Made by a program: the position numbers and the translations under genes. A DNA stretch of 62,634 nucleotides, counting the filler, from Rhabdomonas costata (lineage: Eukaryota), in assembly GCA_019059605.1 (NCBI GenBank). It is 40 parts of 40 records of this genome, joined end to end, with 100 filler letters (N's around TTAATTAATTAA, not from the genome) between each part and the next. Parts side by side here need not be neighbours in the genome. Positions count along the whole stretch, not along the records: positions 1 to 1,469 come from JAHMHO010015132.1; positions 1,570 to 3,038 come from JAHMHO010015133.1; positions 3,139 to 4,608 come from JAHMHO010015134.1; positions 4,709 to 6,177 come from JAHMHO010015135.1; positions 6,278 to 7,746 come from JAHMHO010015136.1; positions 7,847 to 9,315 come from JAHMHO010015137.1; positions 9,416 to 10,885 come from JAHMHO010015138.1; positions 10,986 to 12,454 come from JAHMHO010015139.1; 32 more parts are not named here. One strand, written 5' to 3'. The notes under the pieces were generated by a model. That model did not search any database. It was not told the origin of the DNA and saw only the letters and a list, made by a program, of their open reading frames with translations. This document shows, piece by piece, positions 1-12,967 of the stretch. Each line of letters begins with the position of its first letter. The first letter of the stretch is position 1.

Positions 1-647
1 TGTTTGTGGTGTCACCCCTTCAGCGTGGTGTGTAGTAGTGTGCCGAGTTCGAGGTTCCGTTTCCTGTTTTCTCTCTTTTCTGTTTTCGTTCTGGAAAGCC
101 TCGCAGGCTTTCTGTGCTGGTTGGCGCCAGTGTTGGGTGGAAGGCGATGTGTTGTTATTGTTTGTTTGCTTGTGCCCCCTTGGATTTTTGTTTTGATGGT
201 GTGGTGCATGCTCATCGACACGATGGGTGATTGATGGCACGCGAGCTGAGGTGCTCAGCCCACTGGAGTGTTCTCCAGGTGCCTTCACAGCCATCCTCCG
301 TTTGTGATTGGGGAGCGTGTTTGCTGGGTGAGGGCTTTCGGTAGGGTGGCGGTGACTTTCGCGTGAAACGTGCGGGAAGATTTTTGCACCCGGTGGTTGT
401 CTTGAATTAATCAAAGGGTCCATGTTCCTGGGGTGGGGTGCAGCCCTTGTTTTACTACACCGTGAGTTTCGCTAGCTGAAATTTGATTATAGATAGAATG
501 ACTGGTCGGGCTTCCCTCGCCCTGCTGAGCTGTGAACCGTAGCTCTAATTGGGCTGAGGCGCGTTTTTTTTTGCTGTGTTTTGTTCTTCTTTCTTTTGTG
601 GTCTCTGCCCAGCAGCCCTTTCTTCGCCACATCCCGACTCGCACACG

Positions 648-1019
648 ATGGGTTTTCGAGCGTTCCTCGATGCCACGCAGCTGGGGAAGCCCAACAAGAG
701 TAAGGGCATTGCGGGGGCCGCGACGTTCTTCTGGTTCGTGGTGTGGACCATCAGCATCATCAGCACCTCCTTGCCGGACTGGTGGTGGTACCTTGACTCC
801 ACCTCCGGGGTTCATGAGGGGCTGTGGTCGACGTGCTGGGCGCACTACTGCATCCCAGCCTCGGAGTACCGGCGTTGCTGCTCGGCCTTGCTGAATGTCG
901 TGCGGGCCTTTTCCGTGATGACAATTATTCTCTCGTTCTTCAACTTTGTGATGTCGATGATGCTCGTCTGCTGCATCACCCGCGTGCTGTACCCGGCGCT
1001 ACTGTGCGGCTTTCTCTCC
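648..1019 (+). CDS. First coding exon of a claudin/PMP22/amastin-like membrane protein
   Basis: ATG at 648 follows a polypyrimidine tract and CAG. Translation has a TM segment, then W...GLWSTC...C...C (claudin-superfamily loop signature), then VRAFSVMTIILS TM. Donor GTAAGG at 1020. Confidence 0.7.
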
Positions 1020-1469
1020 GTAAGGCTTTTTTGCCCCCCCCCCTCTCCTCTTCCCTTATACGACCGGCTCTTCTTCTTACAGGGGGCCCCAGGAACTGGG
1101 TAGGTGGCATCTCTGGGTCCATCTTGGCATCTAGGGTAGGGGTGCATCTGAGGTAGGGGGTGCTTTTGGAGTCGCTGTTATTTTTGCCAATGTTAACTTC
1201 GGTAGTGAAGTGAAACGTTCTCCCGCGAAAGTCTGTGAAACACCCCTTTCGGAAAGCTTGTTGGCCTTTCTCACACGTACGATTGTGCCAAAGTGTCAGC
1301 GTGGTGTGGTTTCCACGCGAAGCTTTCTATGGAAAGGCGTTGCAGCAGGAAATGCTAAAACGCTTATTCGAGCCCCGTCGGAGAGGGTAGGCAGAGATTC
1401 CGGCGGCATAAGACAAAAACAAGCAAATGCGACGATCACGGTCCTCGCCTCCACCGCACCAAAGACCAC

Positions 1470-1569
1470 NNNNNNNNNNNNNNNNNNNNNNNNNNNNNNN
1501 NNNNNNNNNNNNNTTAATTAATTAANNNNNNNNNNNNNNNNNNNNNNNNNNNNNNNNNNNNNNNNNNNN
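1470..1569. other. Artificial contig spacer (N-run, TTAATTAATTAA six-frame stop, N-run); recurs about every 1.57 kb, 39 times
   Basis: The same 100-nt linker occurs at 1470, 3039, 4609 ... 61067; the flanking contigs are all about 1468 nt and unrelated in content. Confidence 0.98.
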
Positions 1570-3345
1570 TTTTTTTGGTTGCAGGGCTCCCAGGGGATTA
1601 GTACTCGAGGCCACATGTTCTCCATCTGATTAGTATCTCAGGGTCATTGCATCCTGAATACCGCAAGAATACCGCATCCGGGCGTGCCACAGTGTGCCAA
1701 ATACTCACACTGCGTGGCCTCAAAGACTGCCAGCTATTCGTGCGTTAACTTCGGTAGTTTCAAGCCCGTCTCCTTGTCCGCCGATCCCTTTTGAGTCTAT
1801 TTGGATAATAATGCGCGTGGGCAACAGAAAGCTTTCGAGCTTTGGCCGGTCCAAGCACTTTGGCGTGCTCAAGTATGGGGCGGATAAGATCGACATTTTT
1901 CACCTTCACCCGGTGCTAACCACTGCAGGTGTTCGTGCAAGCTGCTCCTGAGTATCCGGCGTTGTTACCCAACATTTTCACCGTTTTTGCCCTTGGCTGT
2001 GAAGGCGCCAAAGAGTTTTGGGTTGGCATGACCTTAAATGGGGTCGACATCATGATGTTCTTGAATTCCCTCGAAAGTGTAAAGAACAGAATGACATCAC
2101 GGTCAGGCAGAACACGGGACCCAATGTTGATGCTTCCAGAAGGCAGCGTGGATTCAAATGCTCACAACTCAACCCCAGGCCAGTAGCAATTGCAAGCGCA
2201 CCTGAAAACGGCACACTTTCGCAGCGTTTTGTTTTGGTAAGTTCTGTGCAGGACTTAGGCAGTTCATAAACTCCAGAGCCTTGATCAGGCCCTTTGCTGC
2301 ATTACTGTCATGTGCAGCTTTTCGCCGATGATGTCCGATGATGTATTGAGATTTTTTCTCTCCTCGCTTGCACGCTTGAGTGAGACCAGAACGCAGAACG
2401 CAACCACCGCACAAAAGATTGAGGTGCTTTTCTGGTCGCAGTGAAGCGATAAGAATAAATTTGTAAAAATTCCCTCCGATGCAAACCCTCTTCGGTGCAT
2501 CCCTCCTCTGAGTCCAGCAACATAGCACCTGAGAGGAGGGGCAATGGACCTAACCTCCTCAACTTCCCATTCATTCAGCAGTGCTCAGAGGAAGCTTAAC
2601 TTAGACTTCCGTTTGTTGTGGGAGAGCGGGGGAGGGCGGGGGAGATTGTGGTACTGTGCTTTAGGCAACCGAAGGGTCACCGACTGGACGAGGAGCTACA
2701 CCCTGCCGGAGTATAGCAGAGTCCGGCCCCTCAAGTATGGCCCCTCCCTTTTTCCCAAAACCTTAGCTAAAAAGTGTTCGCGTTTTTTCTAGAAATCCAT
2801 GGGTGAAATGCCGGTGTCCATAGCGATATACATCCAGGAGCAAAAAAAACTTTCCTTTTTATTTGTCCGCCAAAGCCAAGGCGAAAATATCCGAGCCTGC
2901 GAAAATAGTCCGCCGTGAGAAGAAACGCAAGAAGACCGGTATTCTAATTTTCATCTTCAATGCACCGGGTTCCCAGCGTAAAATTGGTCTCTTGGAATTG
3001 AAAAGTTCAAAGGATGCCCAACCCCAGTCCCACCACCCNNNNNNNNNNNNNNNNNNNNNNNNNNNNNNNNNNNNNNNNNNNNTTAATTAATTAANNNNNN
3101 NNNNNNNNNNNNNNNNNNNNNNNNNNNNNNNNNNNNNNGAGCGCGAGGGCAACAACAACAACAGTCCCCAAGGCGTCACGGGAGGGGGGGGGGCGGCTCC
3201 CCGTGGCGCCGTCGTGACAAAGGCCTTGGGTGCTATCAGCGATTCTGGTCGCCTCACCAGCTCACCAGCGCAGGAGGCAAGGGACTGCTCCAGGTTGGAG
3301 CGGGTGTGCACTCATCATACGCATGCACGCACATATACATCACAG

Positions 3346-4131
3346 GACCCCTCGGTCCAGGAAGCCATGGATGCCCTGGAGCTCCGGGTGGCTACGCTGT
3401 CCAGCACGGTGCGGGCGCAGGACGAGGAGCGCACCCGGGTCCGCCGGGAGGCCCTGCTGCACGCCATCCACGCCCCGGAGATGTCCACGGCGACCCTTGT
3501 GAAGGCCGTCTCCGCGCTGGCGAGCAAGTCGGGGCAGTCCAAGCAGCTGTGGGATTTCTCCCGCAAGTGAGCATGCACGTGCACGCCCACCACGCCCTTT
3601 CCTGACGTCTCCTCTCCCAGGAATACTGGGCACTCATAATGCCCGCAAACGCACCACTTCGCTCAGGTTCCCAATTCAAATCCTCATTAGCTCCCTAAAT
3701 TTTGGAATGCTACAATATCGCAGGTGCAAATCCTTCCGCTTCACCATAAATGTAAGCAGTTTGGCCTCCAACGGTAGAAAAAAAGCTAATACTACTAAAC
3801 TATGCCACACACCAAAGTGACTGCGGCGCTTTCTGAGTCCTAAGCTATCTTTCTTGTACAGAACGGTTCTCTGTTTGTGAAATTGAAGTTAGCGATATGT
3901 GTTGTGCACATATATGAATTTCCTGGGGATGCAGGGATGCTCATTGGGTCTTGGCAAGGAGGAATTGTTGCGGTGGTTTTGGGGGTGGGGGGGGCTCAGG
4001 AAGATGGGTCTTGCAGGCACCCCGCCCCCGGCTATCCCTGAGGACCTCCCCCCGCATACCCGGGCGGAGGCCCAGGAGGTGCGGCAGAAGCTCGAGGCCC
4101 TGCAGAAGGAGAAGGAGGGCGTGGAGGCCAG
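3346..4131 (+). CDS. Exons (3346-3566, about 4017-4131) of an uncharacterised helical/coiled-coil protein
   Basis: High-GC3 codon blocks bounded by cag|...|gtgagc and cag|...|gcagtg. No family recognised, and the two exon phases do not join directly. Confidence 0.45.
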
Positions 4132-5099
4132 GCAGTGCACACAACATACACAGCCCACCCATCCACGCACCATATCTTCACAAGCCGGACTTCGGCCTGA
4201 AAAAAGCTCACGTTTTGGCACGTTTTGAGTTTGGTTCTCGAAGGGTCATGACAGAATTCGTGGTTAATTGGTGTAAACAATTGCCTGCACTACTTTTAAT
4301 ATTGTCCTTTTTGTGTCCGCGTTCGCTCCCCGGAACTGTTTCAAACGCTATTCCCACATAGTCCCACACCTGTCAGTGTTTTCTTTGCTCTTATGAAGAG
4401 CTGGAGGAGGCTCGACCCTCGAAGTTTTTGAGGAAACCCTTTACAAAGGGCTCAAACTATGAAGCGGCACATTCGGGTGTCGAACGCGAGGGAACTGTGC
4501 ACGTCTTCTGCCGTTCATCGAAAAAGCACGCTCCTATTCAATGTGCACTTTTCACGTCGTCAGGCTTCGTGCGGTCAAGGAGGAGGACGCGTTGGACTTC
4601 GGTCCGAANNNNNNNNNNNNNNNNNNNNNNNNNNNNNNNNNNNNNNNNNNNNTTAATTAATTAANNNNNNNNNNNNNNNNNNNNNNNNNNNNNNNNNNNN
4701 NNNNNNNNGACTAACAGGAAAGAAAAGCACGCCGCCTGATTCCGAGACGTCGGTTGGCGGTTGGGATTTGGACGCCCAGAAAGATGTAAAAGAAAGCCAA
4801 GAGGGAATTTACAAGTAAGGCATTGGAAAACTCTCGAAATTGATTCGGTAGGAAATTTCCGACAAATTTCAGCGGTATACTGCGGTATTGGGGGGTCCAG
4901 CCATGATTTGACCCACAAGAGGGATGAGGGAAGAATATATGTAGATAGAATCGGCCATAAAATTAGACGGGAGTGAAGGAGAATGGGAATTGTCATGGGG
5001 CACAACAGGAAAGAGGATTTCATGGGAAAAGGGGTGAATGGGAAAGATGTAAGCGAAATCCATAGAATTTCTCGAGGAACTGGTGGCAGGCACGATCTG

Positions 5100-5815
5100 G
5101 GTAAGAAAGATGCTTCATGGGAATGCACAAAGGACTGAGGCATCATTTGGATATGAGATGCAGGCTTTACAGTGCTTGAGACTGAGTTCAGTTTTCTGAG
5201 CGGCCACAACACCGGTACCCACTAAGGGCAAGGTGGGCCGAAGCCCCGTTAATGAAGGGGCTAGCGGCACAGTTTGAGTTGAAAAGACGAGGTATGAAGA
5301 GTTCGTGTGAAGGGTGAGGATGATAACGAAATGGGTGAAGCCATGATGGTGAAGTCAAAAAGAAGACAAGGGTGACCTGCGGGAGGGTAATGGTAAAGGA
5401 TCTTCGTAAGCTTGAGGAGGGGAAGGAAGGGCATTAGCGAGCTCTCCGGCTGGTGTGTATCCTGAGTTTTACGGCGGTGACCACCCAGTAGGCCGGGCTC
5501 CGCGGCACCAGGGCTGGCTGGCTGGCTGGCGGTGTTCCGTTTGGGGTACGAGAAGGCAGCTAAACAACAAGAAAATGTGTTATTCCGGCCGCGCCATGGA
5601 CGTGGCAACAACACAGAGATACACCAATAAAGTGGAACGACATACAAACACACGTGAAAGAGAAAGCAAGGTGGTAGTGTCAAGGTGGTGAGAACTGGCA
5701 AGCTTTCGGGAGCCGTCGGGGTCAAGGGGTAACGCTCGTTGGACTGTGCACCAGGCCCAGGGTAAATTTACATATTTCCCATCCACGAGGTACCAGGTCT
5801 TATCCCGTTAGCCGG
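5100..5815 (-). mobile_element. Decayed non-LTR retrotransposon C-terminus (zinc knuckle plus restriction-like endonuclease), CRE/SLACS-like
   Basis: Broken minus-strand frames give RPGTSW, WRGRNNTF..LAA (RHN-like), EPGLL, ILYHYPPAGHPCLLFDFTIMASP (D-x-T-I), then A..K..LKHCKAC..QSFV. This is the order seen in RLE-type elements; many stops and frameshifts. Confidence 0.5.
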
Positions 5816-7179
5816 TTCTGCATAAAGTTGGGGTGGGGCCCGCCCATTACCCGGAGGCCGCGGCCTACATCCGAGGCAGCCTAACAAGGACTTCCCTGGC
5901 TGCCACTAGAGGGGGCACACGAAAAGTAACCGCAGGTTGTGGCAAACACTTAGTTCACCGGAGCGGGGATGGCCGAGGTCCTGCGTTTGGGCGAGACTCC
6001 GTTTGTGAAAGGTGTTCGAGAGTATCAGTGGAAAATGGATGAAAGAAGGACGTACGGCCGAAACAACGGGATGGGAAGGCCGCCAGAAAAGGAAGAGAAA
6101 AGTTTCAAATTGAAAGCATAGGTAAGTGGGGAATGTAGGGCACCGTGAATGGGATATGCCTAATTGATCAAATCCTANNNNNNNNNNNNNNNNNNNNNNN
6201 NNNNNNNNNNNNNNNNNNNNNTTAATTAATTAANNNNNNNNNNNNNNNNNNNNNNNNNNNNNNNNNNNNNNNNNNNNGTGTTTTGTTCCAGGTTTCCGAG
6301 GCTTTCAAGGCTTTTTCTGGAGTTAACTCTTCTGAGGATTCCGGCGTGTCGGACGAACACAGGAGCATCTGTTTCTGCTGAGCGGTTTTCGCCGCGGGGT
6401 TCTCAAAAAAAAGATTTCGAAATTGGCAGGAAAATGAAGACCACCTGAATTGCTATTGGTTGCTGTGCTGCTTTTGTATCCCACTCTCGGCGCACCACTC
6501 ACATTCGCCAAGTGCTTGGCAATGTCTCGCTTTGGTCTGGGGCTTGGTGGCTGCTTGACTCGTTGCACCGTGGCGACCCGTGGGGACAGCTGCAGAATTG
6601 TGGGCCGGTCGTGTGTGTAGTTTTGCGCCCACCTTATTAAAATGGGGGGGGGGTGCAGTTCACAGGAGACTTCCCAGCCGGGGCCTGCGAACATGGAGCC
6701 TTCCCGGCCAGTCTCCGAGGACAGGCACAGCCTCCTTGAACGCCTCGCTCGTTTTAGGGAGGAGCATCGCACGAAGAGGTGTGCGGGAGTGGGTGTGGCT
6801 GGCTGGATGGCTGGTTATATCGGGCCACAGGTTGTGGACGAGTGGCCAGCCCTAGGTGGGAGTCAGTGGCACTTCACAGAAATGGGGTGAGGTCAGTTTC
6901 TTGCACGGGACCTTTAACTCCCAAGTAAATTCACCCATGAATAACTCTACAGTGGTCTTGGATCGTTCAATAGTTACCATGCATCCTCTTCTCCCTTATC
7001 CCGACCTCGAAAGCTGCAAATAAAAAAGAAAAAAAAGAAAAGAAAGATTTGGGACACGTTTACAAGAAAATACAAGAATATAAAGACGATAAATTATAAA
7101 CAAACACTTGCAAGCAGAAAACTAAAGTACAGGAAAGCAACTTATTATTCAATTGTTTTTGGGATTGGAATTGGAGCCC

Positions 7180-7746
7180 ACTCGGAAAGGGAGCTTTCGG
7201 CTCTGCATCCCCAACTAGCTTCCCCGGGCAATACAAGAGAACTTTTCGAGAAGCTTTTATGAACGTCGAGAACCACGTCCTTTGACACGAATCCTCACCG
7301 CAGCACTGATTCAAAGAAACGCATCCTGCATCCATCCGACAACACCCCACTGATTACTATCACCTGAATGTCGTAATGTGAACCTCTTTTCCTTAGCAAG
7401 ACCAGTGCAAACTCCGCCATTCCCAAAACCTTTTTTGTTGGATCTTTTGTTGGACGAATGTCATTCATAATCTTATTGGTGTGCCACTGTGCCTGCGGCG
7501 ATTTCAACGGCTCCGATCTCTTGGGCAGAGGAGCCAGCGTACAGATTGGTAGAACCACCCGCTGGTGGATGGACCTAGGCAAGCGAGGTGTTGTTGCAAG
7601 TTTGAGGATAAACCAGCTTTGTTGTAAGCGTTGGTTCCAAGGTTGAGGATTCGGAACGATAGCTCGGAGAATGAAGTGTAAGCACTTTCCCCAAAGATTT
7701 GCTAGTTCACAGTGGACGAGTTGCCGAAGTTGGACCAGAGGGAACG
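7180..7746 (-). mobile_element. Possible decayed RLE-type non-LTR retrotransposon 3' end
   Basis: Minus-strand fragments GAVEIAAG, NKRS and LVLLRKRGSHYDIQVIVIS resemble the E..K..KY..L...G..v.ivi.G region of RLE domains; heavily disrupted. Confidence 0.3.
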
Positions 7747-10379
7747 NNNNNNNNNNNNNNNNNNNNNNNNNNNNNNNNNNNNNNNNNNNNTTAATTAATT
7801 AANNNNNNNNNNNNNNNNNNNNNNNNNNNNNNNNNNNNNNNNNNNNGGTGGGTGGGGGGGGGTGCACAAAAAGTGAGGCATCCTCACACGCAGCTCAACG
7901 TAGGGATCCTGCAGCTGAAGCACCCTACAACAGATTTTCACATCCTCGAATTTCAGCAAACCAGAATTACGGAGGAAGTACGCCCAGTGAGAAAGCAGAA
8001 AGACAAGGCATCAACCACTGCAAAACATCCCGTCAAACGCGACGCCCACTGAGCCACTGAACGAACTGGGGAAAACCGAAGCGGTTCAGCGGCAAAAAAA
8101 CCCCGCGGAAACGCTGAAAGGGAGCTCACGGGCGGGGCACCACCTCAAGGCTGGCGCGGTATCACACAGAAGCCTGAGACTACACTGGCACAGAAGCACG
8201 AAGTAATTCTTGCATGAAAAAACCTTCGTCTATACAAAAAATGGAAACGAGAACGCGCATGTGCAGCAAGGCGAAACAGCACAAAAGAGTAGCTGTGGAG
8301 GACGGCGGAGTCCGGGGGCAGAGCTGCACATGGAGGGGGGCGAAACTTACTGACTGAATACCACTGTGCATAAATGTTCGAAGACGTAGCATGCTCAATG
8401 CCCAATGAAAGTAATCCTCAGTGAAGGCCGAGAAGCGGAGTGAGCGGGTTGGTTCCCCGCTGCGTGCCTTTTGGTTGCGTGAAGACCCTCCCGAAGTGGT
8501 GAAAGATGCGGGGCTGCAGGCAGGACGAGAAACTGTACAAGTAGCTCGCGAATGTATGTCCAGATGTGGACAGAGTATATACGGCATGAAAGGGTTGGCA
8601 GTCCAGGACACGGCTGCTGAGTTGGGGATTGGAAAGGACCCAGATTCCCTGCTACAAAGTCAGAAGTGCGTACAAAAGCTCTCAGATCTGAGATCTGCAC
8701 TCCACTTGCAATATTACATTGTCCACATTAGCACAATGTGATATTGGCCGCCTCTTGCACGTGAATGCCACACTCAAAAAGGAGAAGACGGAAAAGACGC
8801 CAGGCGCAGAATTGGTGAGGAGTCCAAGAGGGCCTTTCATGAATGCAGTGCATCCTGAAGCACAAACCATACGTTCAAAGCGTGAAACCTAAAATACCGC
8901 TCGCCACCAGACGGAGGACAAACCCCGTGGTACAAAAACTAGCATACCCTAGCATACCCTTACACACGGTGCTGCAAAAGCCTTATTGCATTAAACCGGG
9001 TGCTTGGGCGCCCTGGAGTTCCGGCCGGAGTGGCGCACGTGAGGAGCGACGATGGCACGCGAACAGCCGCACCAGCAGTGCGGAAACCCTCGATGGCCTT
9101 TGCACACTGTGCCGGGACCGGTTTCTGTGGGAAATCTGGCTCGCCGGAGGGGAGGCAGAGCTGGCACGAGGAAGACACCGGAGCGTGGCCAGAAGGTCTG
9201 CGAGGTTGTTCCTGCACGACAGCGTCCCATTGAACATTGCCCAGCAAAACAAAACATTCCAAACTACTCCCGTTCTGTACTACTACCGTTGTCTTCACAA
9301 CTGCCCACAAACCCCNNNNNNNNNNNNNNNNNNNNNNNNNNNNNNNNNNNNNNNNNNNNTTAATTAATTAANNNNNNNNNNNNNNNNNNNNNNNNNNNNN
9401 NNNNNNNNNNNNNNNGGTGGGGTGGGCGCTGCTGTCCGTGGCCTCGCGGCCTCAACCTGCACTCTCTGCTTCTCCTCGTTCCGCTGCCCTGCCATGCCCT
9501 CCGGGCCTGCTCCCAGGGCTCCTCGCGAACTCATTCTCGACAAGGCCATCCGCTGCTCGTCAAACTCTTCCTCCCCAGCTTGCTCGTCAACAGCGGCGTC
9601 CTCAAGCCAGGTCGTCCTCGACACCTGCGCTCTGCACTTTCTTCTTTCTCTTCGGCGCTTTCCACGCACTTCTCTCCTCTCAAAGGTCAGCTCCTCACAA
9701 AGGTCTTCCCTCTTTCTTTGCAACTTTCTTGAAAGCTAAGCTCTTGAGCTTCAGCTCTGCTGCCTCTTTGCAACTTCAACGTTTCTGCTCTCAACTTGAG
9801 AACACTTCATATCGGCACCTCACTGATCTCCTGAGATTTCACTGATTATCTCTGCTCTCTCACAACATCTGCAACAGTTCAGCTCTAAGCTGTCTTTCAG
9901 TCAATGCAACTGCTGTTCTGTACAAAGGCACAGAGCAGGTAAAGCCCGCTCTGAGCTCAACATTCCCTTACGGATTCTCTTTCAAAACCACTTAGCTGTC
10001 GCAAAACAACTTCTCTTGCAAACGTGATACCTAACTGTCCTGAGCCGTTACACTCTGTAGCTGAGGTGGGGACGGGGTCATGGGCAAAACTGGCGGTTTA
10101 GCTGGACTTCTATTGCTGTTGCTTCTGCTGGATTCTAGTTGCTCCCCGCAACGGCGTTCGAACGTGGCATGGTGAGAGCGGGGCACGGGCCCCACGAACC
10201 CCATGATCGAGAAAAAAGTAATGATCCGGTAACGTCTGATACGCCTAAAACCATATCCTGGATAATTCCGGACCCTGCTTCTGCACGCCCGTCCAGAAAC
10301 CTGGCCCAGCAGGCTTTTGGTCCCCCCCTTTTTTTTGGAAGCTAAGCCACATCAGATGCAGGGGGTTCTCGGGTGGGCG

Positions 10380-10885
10380 ACCCCAAAAAACGACACTTCC
10401 CAAAAAGGTCACCGGAGGCTCCGAACCGCGGCCCAAAAAAGCTCATCTCGGTCACGACTGTAAAAGTACACCGCCCAGAACGTGTCCAGGCTCGAAAAAA
10501 GACACCATGCGGAAAAGGTCACCCCCCAAAAGGACACCCACACGCTGTCCTTTTTTGACCCTGTCCTTTTTCAAGCGGGTGGCCATTTTGGCGAAAAGGA
10601 CAGGCTCGAAAAAGGACATATGACGGAATAAAGGACAGGGGGCGAAAAAAGACACCCGACTGGAAAAAGGTCGCGACACGTGAAAAAGGACACACGGAGT
10701 CGAAAAAGGACAGCTTCACGAAAAAAAGTACACGCAGCAAAAAGGTCACTTACTGAAAAATGACCCTTACCGAAAAAGAACACACAGGAAAAAGGTCACC
10801 CACCGAAAAATGACAGGTCCATCGAAAAAGGACAGGCCCCTACAAAAAGGACAGATGTAAAAAGGTCACATACCGGAAAAGGACA
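10380..10885 (+). repeat. Degenerate tandem array of AAAAAGGACA/AAAAAGGTCA cores, period about 20-23 nt
   Basis: About 20 copies of (G)AAAAA(G)G(A/T)CA with variable linkers, running to the contig end; two inverted copies (TGTCCTTTTT) near 10546-10571. Confidence 0.85.
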
Positions 10886-11357
10886 NNNNNNNNNNNNNNN
10901 NNNNNNNNNNNNNNNNNNNNNNNNNNNNNTTAATTAATTAANNNNNNNNNNNNNNNNNNNNNNNNNNNNNNNNNNNNNNNNNNNNGGTGGGGTTGGGACT
11001 ATTCTGGCAGTGGCCGGCGCTTCCGAAATCCTCTTCAAAGGGAGCAGGACAGGATGAAGATACTTCTGGAGGCCGACCGACGGGGACTGTCTTGTTCTCA
11101 CAGGAAAGTACCTTGTCACTGGTGGCGTGGAGGGCTTTGTGAGATTCTTCGACATCCAGCTCAGGACTGTGGTATGCACCGATGTGCACATGCCTGTGTG
11201 TTTGTCTGCATAGCTGAAACGAAAGTGTTTTTTCTTGTTCCTGAAAGGTCGTCCCATTTTTGAGGGTGCGCTTTTTGCCCTTGTTTATGATGATTCATTC
11301 ACCCCTCTCACGGCGCGAAAGAGTTGGAGACACCCTTTCCTTCCTTTTTTCTCACAG

Positions 11358-12133
11358 GCATGGTTCGAGGAGCTGAACGCGGGGCCCATCATCTCAATCT
11401 CCTTTGAGCGGTACCAGCCTCCCCCTCTGAAAAAGTCATTGCAGGTGCCGTGTATGTGGAGAGGGGGTGCATCCGAGAAAGAGAAGTTTCAGGCAGGTCG
11501 TTTTGGCTCGAAATGACTTTTTTGGCACAGCCACCCTTGTGACGTAGAGTAAATTTCGCCCCAAGGGGGGGGGGGCGTTAAAACGCCTTCATCAGTGCTG
11601 TTTGCCACCAGCGCCGCTCTTACTGCTGTAGACCAGGCGGCCACACGCACATACACATAACGCACGGACGTCCACAAAGTAATTCTTGCACACTGAGTTC
11701 GCAAAACGGGCTGCTGGAATGTCACGCTGCTTCTGAGTAAATGCCGCGCCTCGAGGAAGTCATGCCAATGTAAGGTTCCGCGGCGCCCGATCAAGGAGCC
11801 GTATGGCGGATTTCACGGCATGCAATGCTTGCATTTGCGCAGTGCTGGTGTATATTCGTGTTTCCTCAGCTGAAAGGGGATGCCGAGGCCCCGTCATTTT
11901 CTGGGAAGGAGTTCGAGGCCCCGGACTTCGTCGTCAGCACGGCCAACGCAATGGTGGTGGACGTGCCCTCGCGGGCCTTCCGCACCAGCGACGTGGAGTA
12001 CCAGCGGGGGCGGCTGCTGGTGCAGGGCCAGGACCAGCCCATCATGTGTCTTGCGGCCCACCCCAGCCTGCCCAGGCTGGCCATTGCGGGGTATTCCGGG
12101 AACCTCCACCTCTGGGAGTACAGCACCAAGAAG
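11358..12133 (+). CDS. CFAP251: Cilia- and flagella-associated WD40 protein CFAP251/WDR66, two internal exons (11358-11444, 11870-12133)
   Basis: GT-AG exons join in phase 0: AWFEELNAGPIISISF...PDFVVSTANA...RGRLLVQGQDQPIMCLAAHP...SGNLHLWEY, matching the WDR66 family pattern. Confidence 0.8.
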
Positions 12134-12967
12134 GTACTACGTGCAACTTGCTTACTCGTCATACTTCGCAATTTCTGCTGACGGCTCGTGTGTGGACAGA
12201 GAAACCCCTGCCCCCACACTCGAAATCAGCAATGCCTGTGTATTGAATTATTAATTGAATTATTAAAGCGATGTGTCTGCGTCTCTTCGTCATCTTCTTT
12301 CCTCATCCACGCAGTCTGATCGCAGCCGGTCAGTCACAGTTTGCCCTCCGCCCTCCGGGTCTGATGTTTAATCGCAGAAACCATAGCAGCACCAGCCCAT
12401 CAGCTTATTGACCCATTTGGAGCCGTCAAACAACAGCCGATAACCAAACCCGCANNNNNNNNNNNNNNNNNNNNNNNNNNNNNNNNNNNNNNNNNNNNTT
12501 AATTAATTAANNNNNNNNNNNNNNNNNNNNNNNNNNNNNNNNNNNNNNNNNNNNTTTTTTGGGGCGAAGGCCGATTAATTATTTTCATTTTCATTCGCAG
12601 CGTCGGTGTATTGTTCATAAATCACCTTGGGGCAGGTACTTTTGAAGACTGGCAAATTAAAGGCCAAGAGCTAATCGAAACTTGGTGGCTATTTGCACCC
12701 AGCCACGTTCCTTTTCACAGCAAGGCTTGCGACTCCTTTTGACATTGACATAGAGCTCCACTGCTCTTGTGGAGAGCAAAGAGTGTCCCTGCTACTGCTG
12801 CCCTCCTGAAAAAGAGCCCCATGGCTAGAACCGTTCGCTCATTTTGCAGTCTTTCATGTTAGTTCATGGATGTTTCGGGTAACGATGGGTAATAACGTAC
12901 TTTTTTTTTTTGAAAATTCATCATGGAGATTCCCATTCTGCTATTCTTGTGTCCTTGTGGCCGCAGG

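Noticed and set aside
236-283. Three-way junction (GGCAC/GTGCC, GCTGAG/CTCAGC, CTGGAG/CTCCAG) as a hammerhead ribozyme
   Set aside because: No CUGANGA and GAAA core on either strand; short GC-rich stems can arise by chance.
1192-1758. 15-mer GTTAACTTCGGTAGT shared by contigs 1 and 2 (1192 and 1744)
   Set aside because: The match does not extend, and a few 15-mer matches are expected by chance in about 60 kb.
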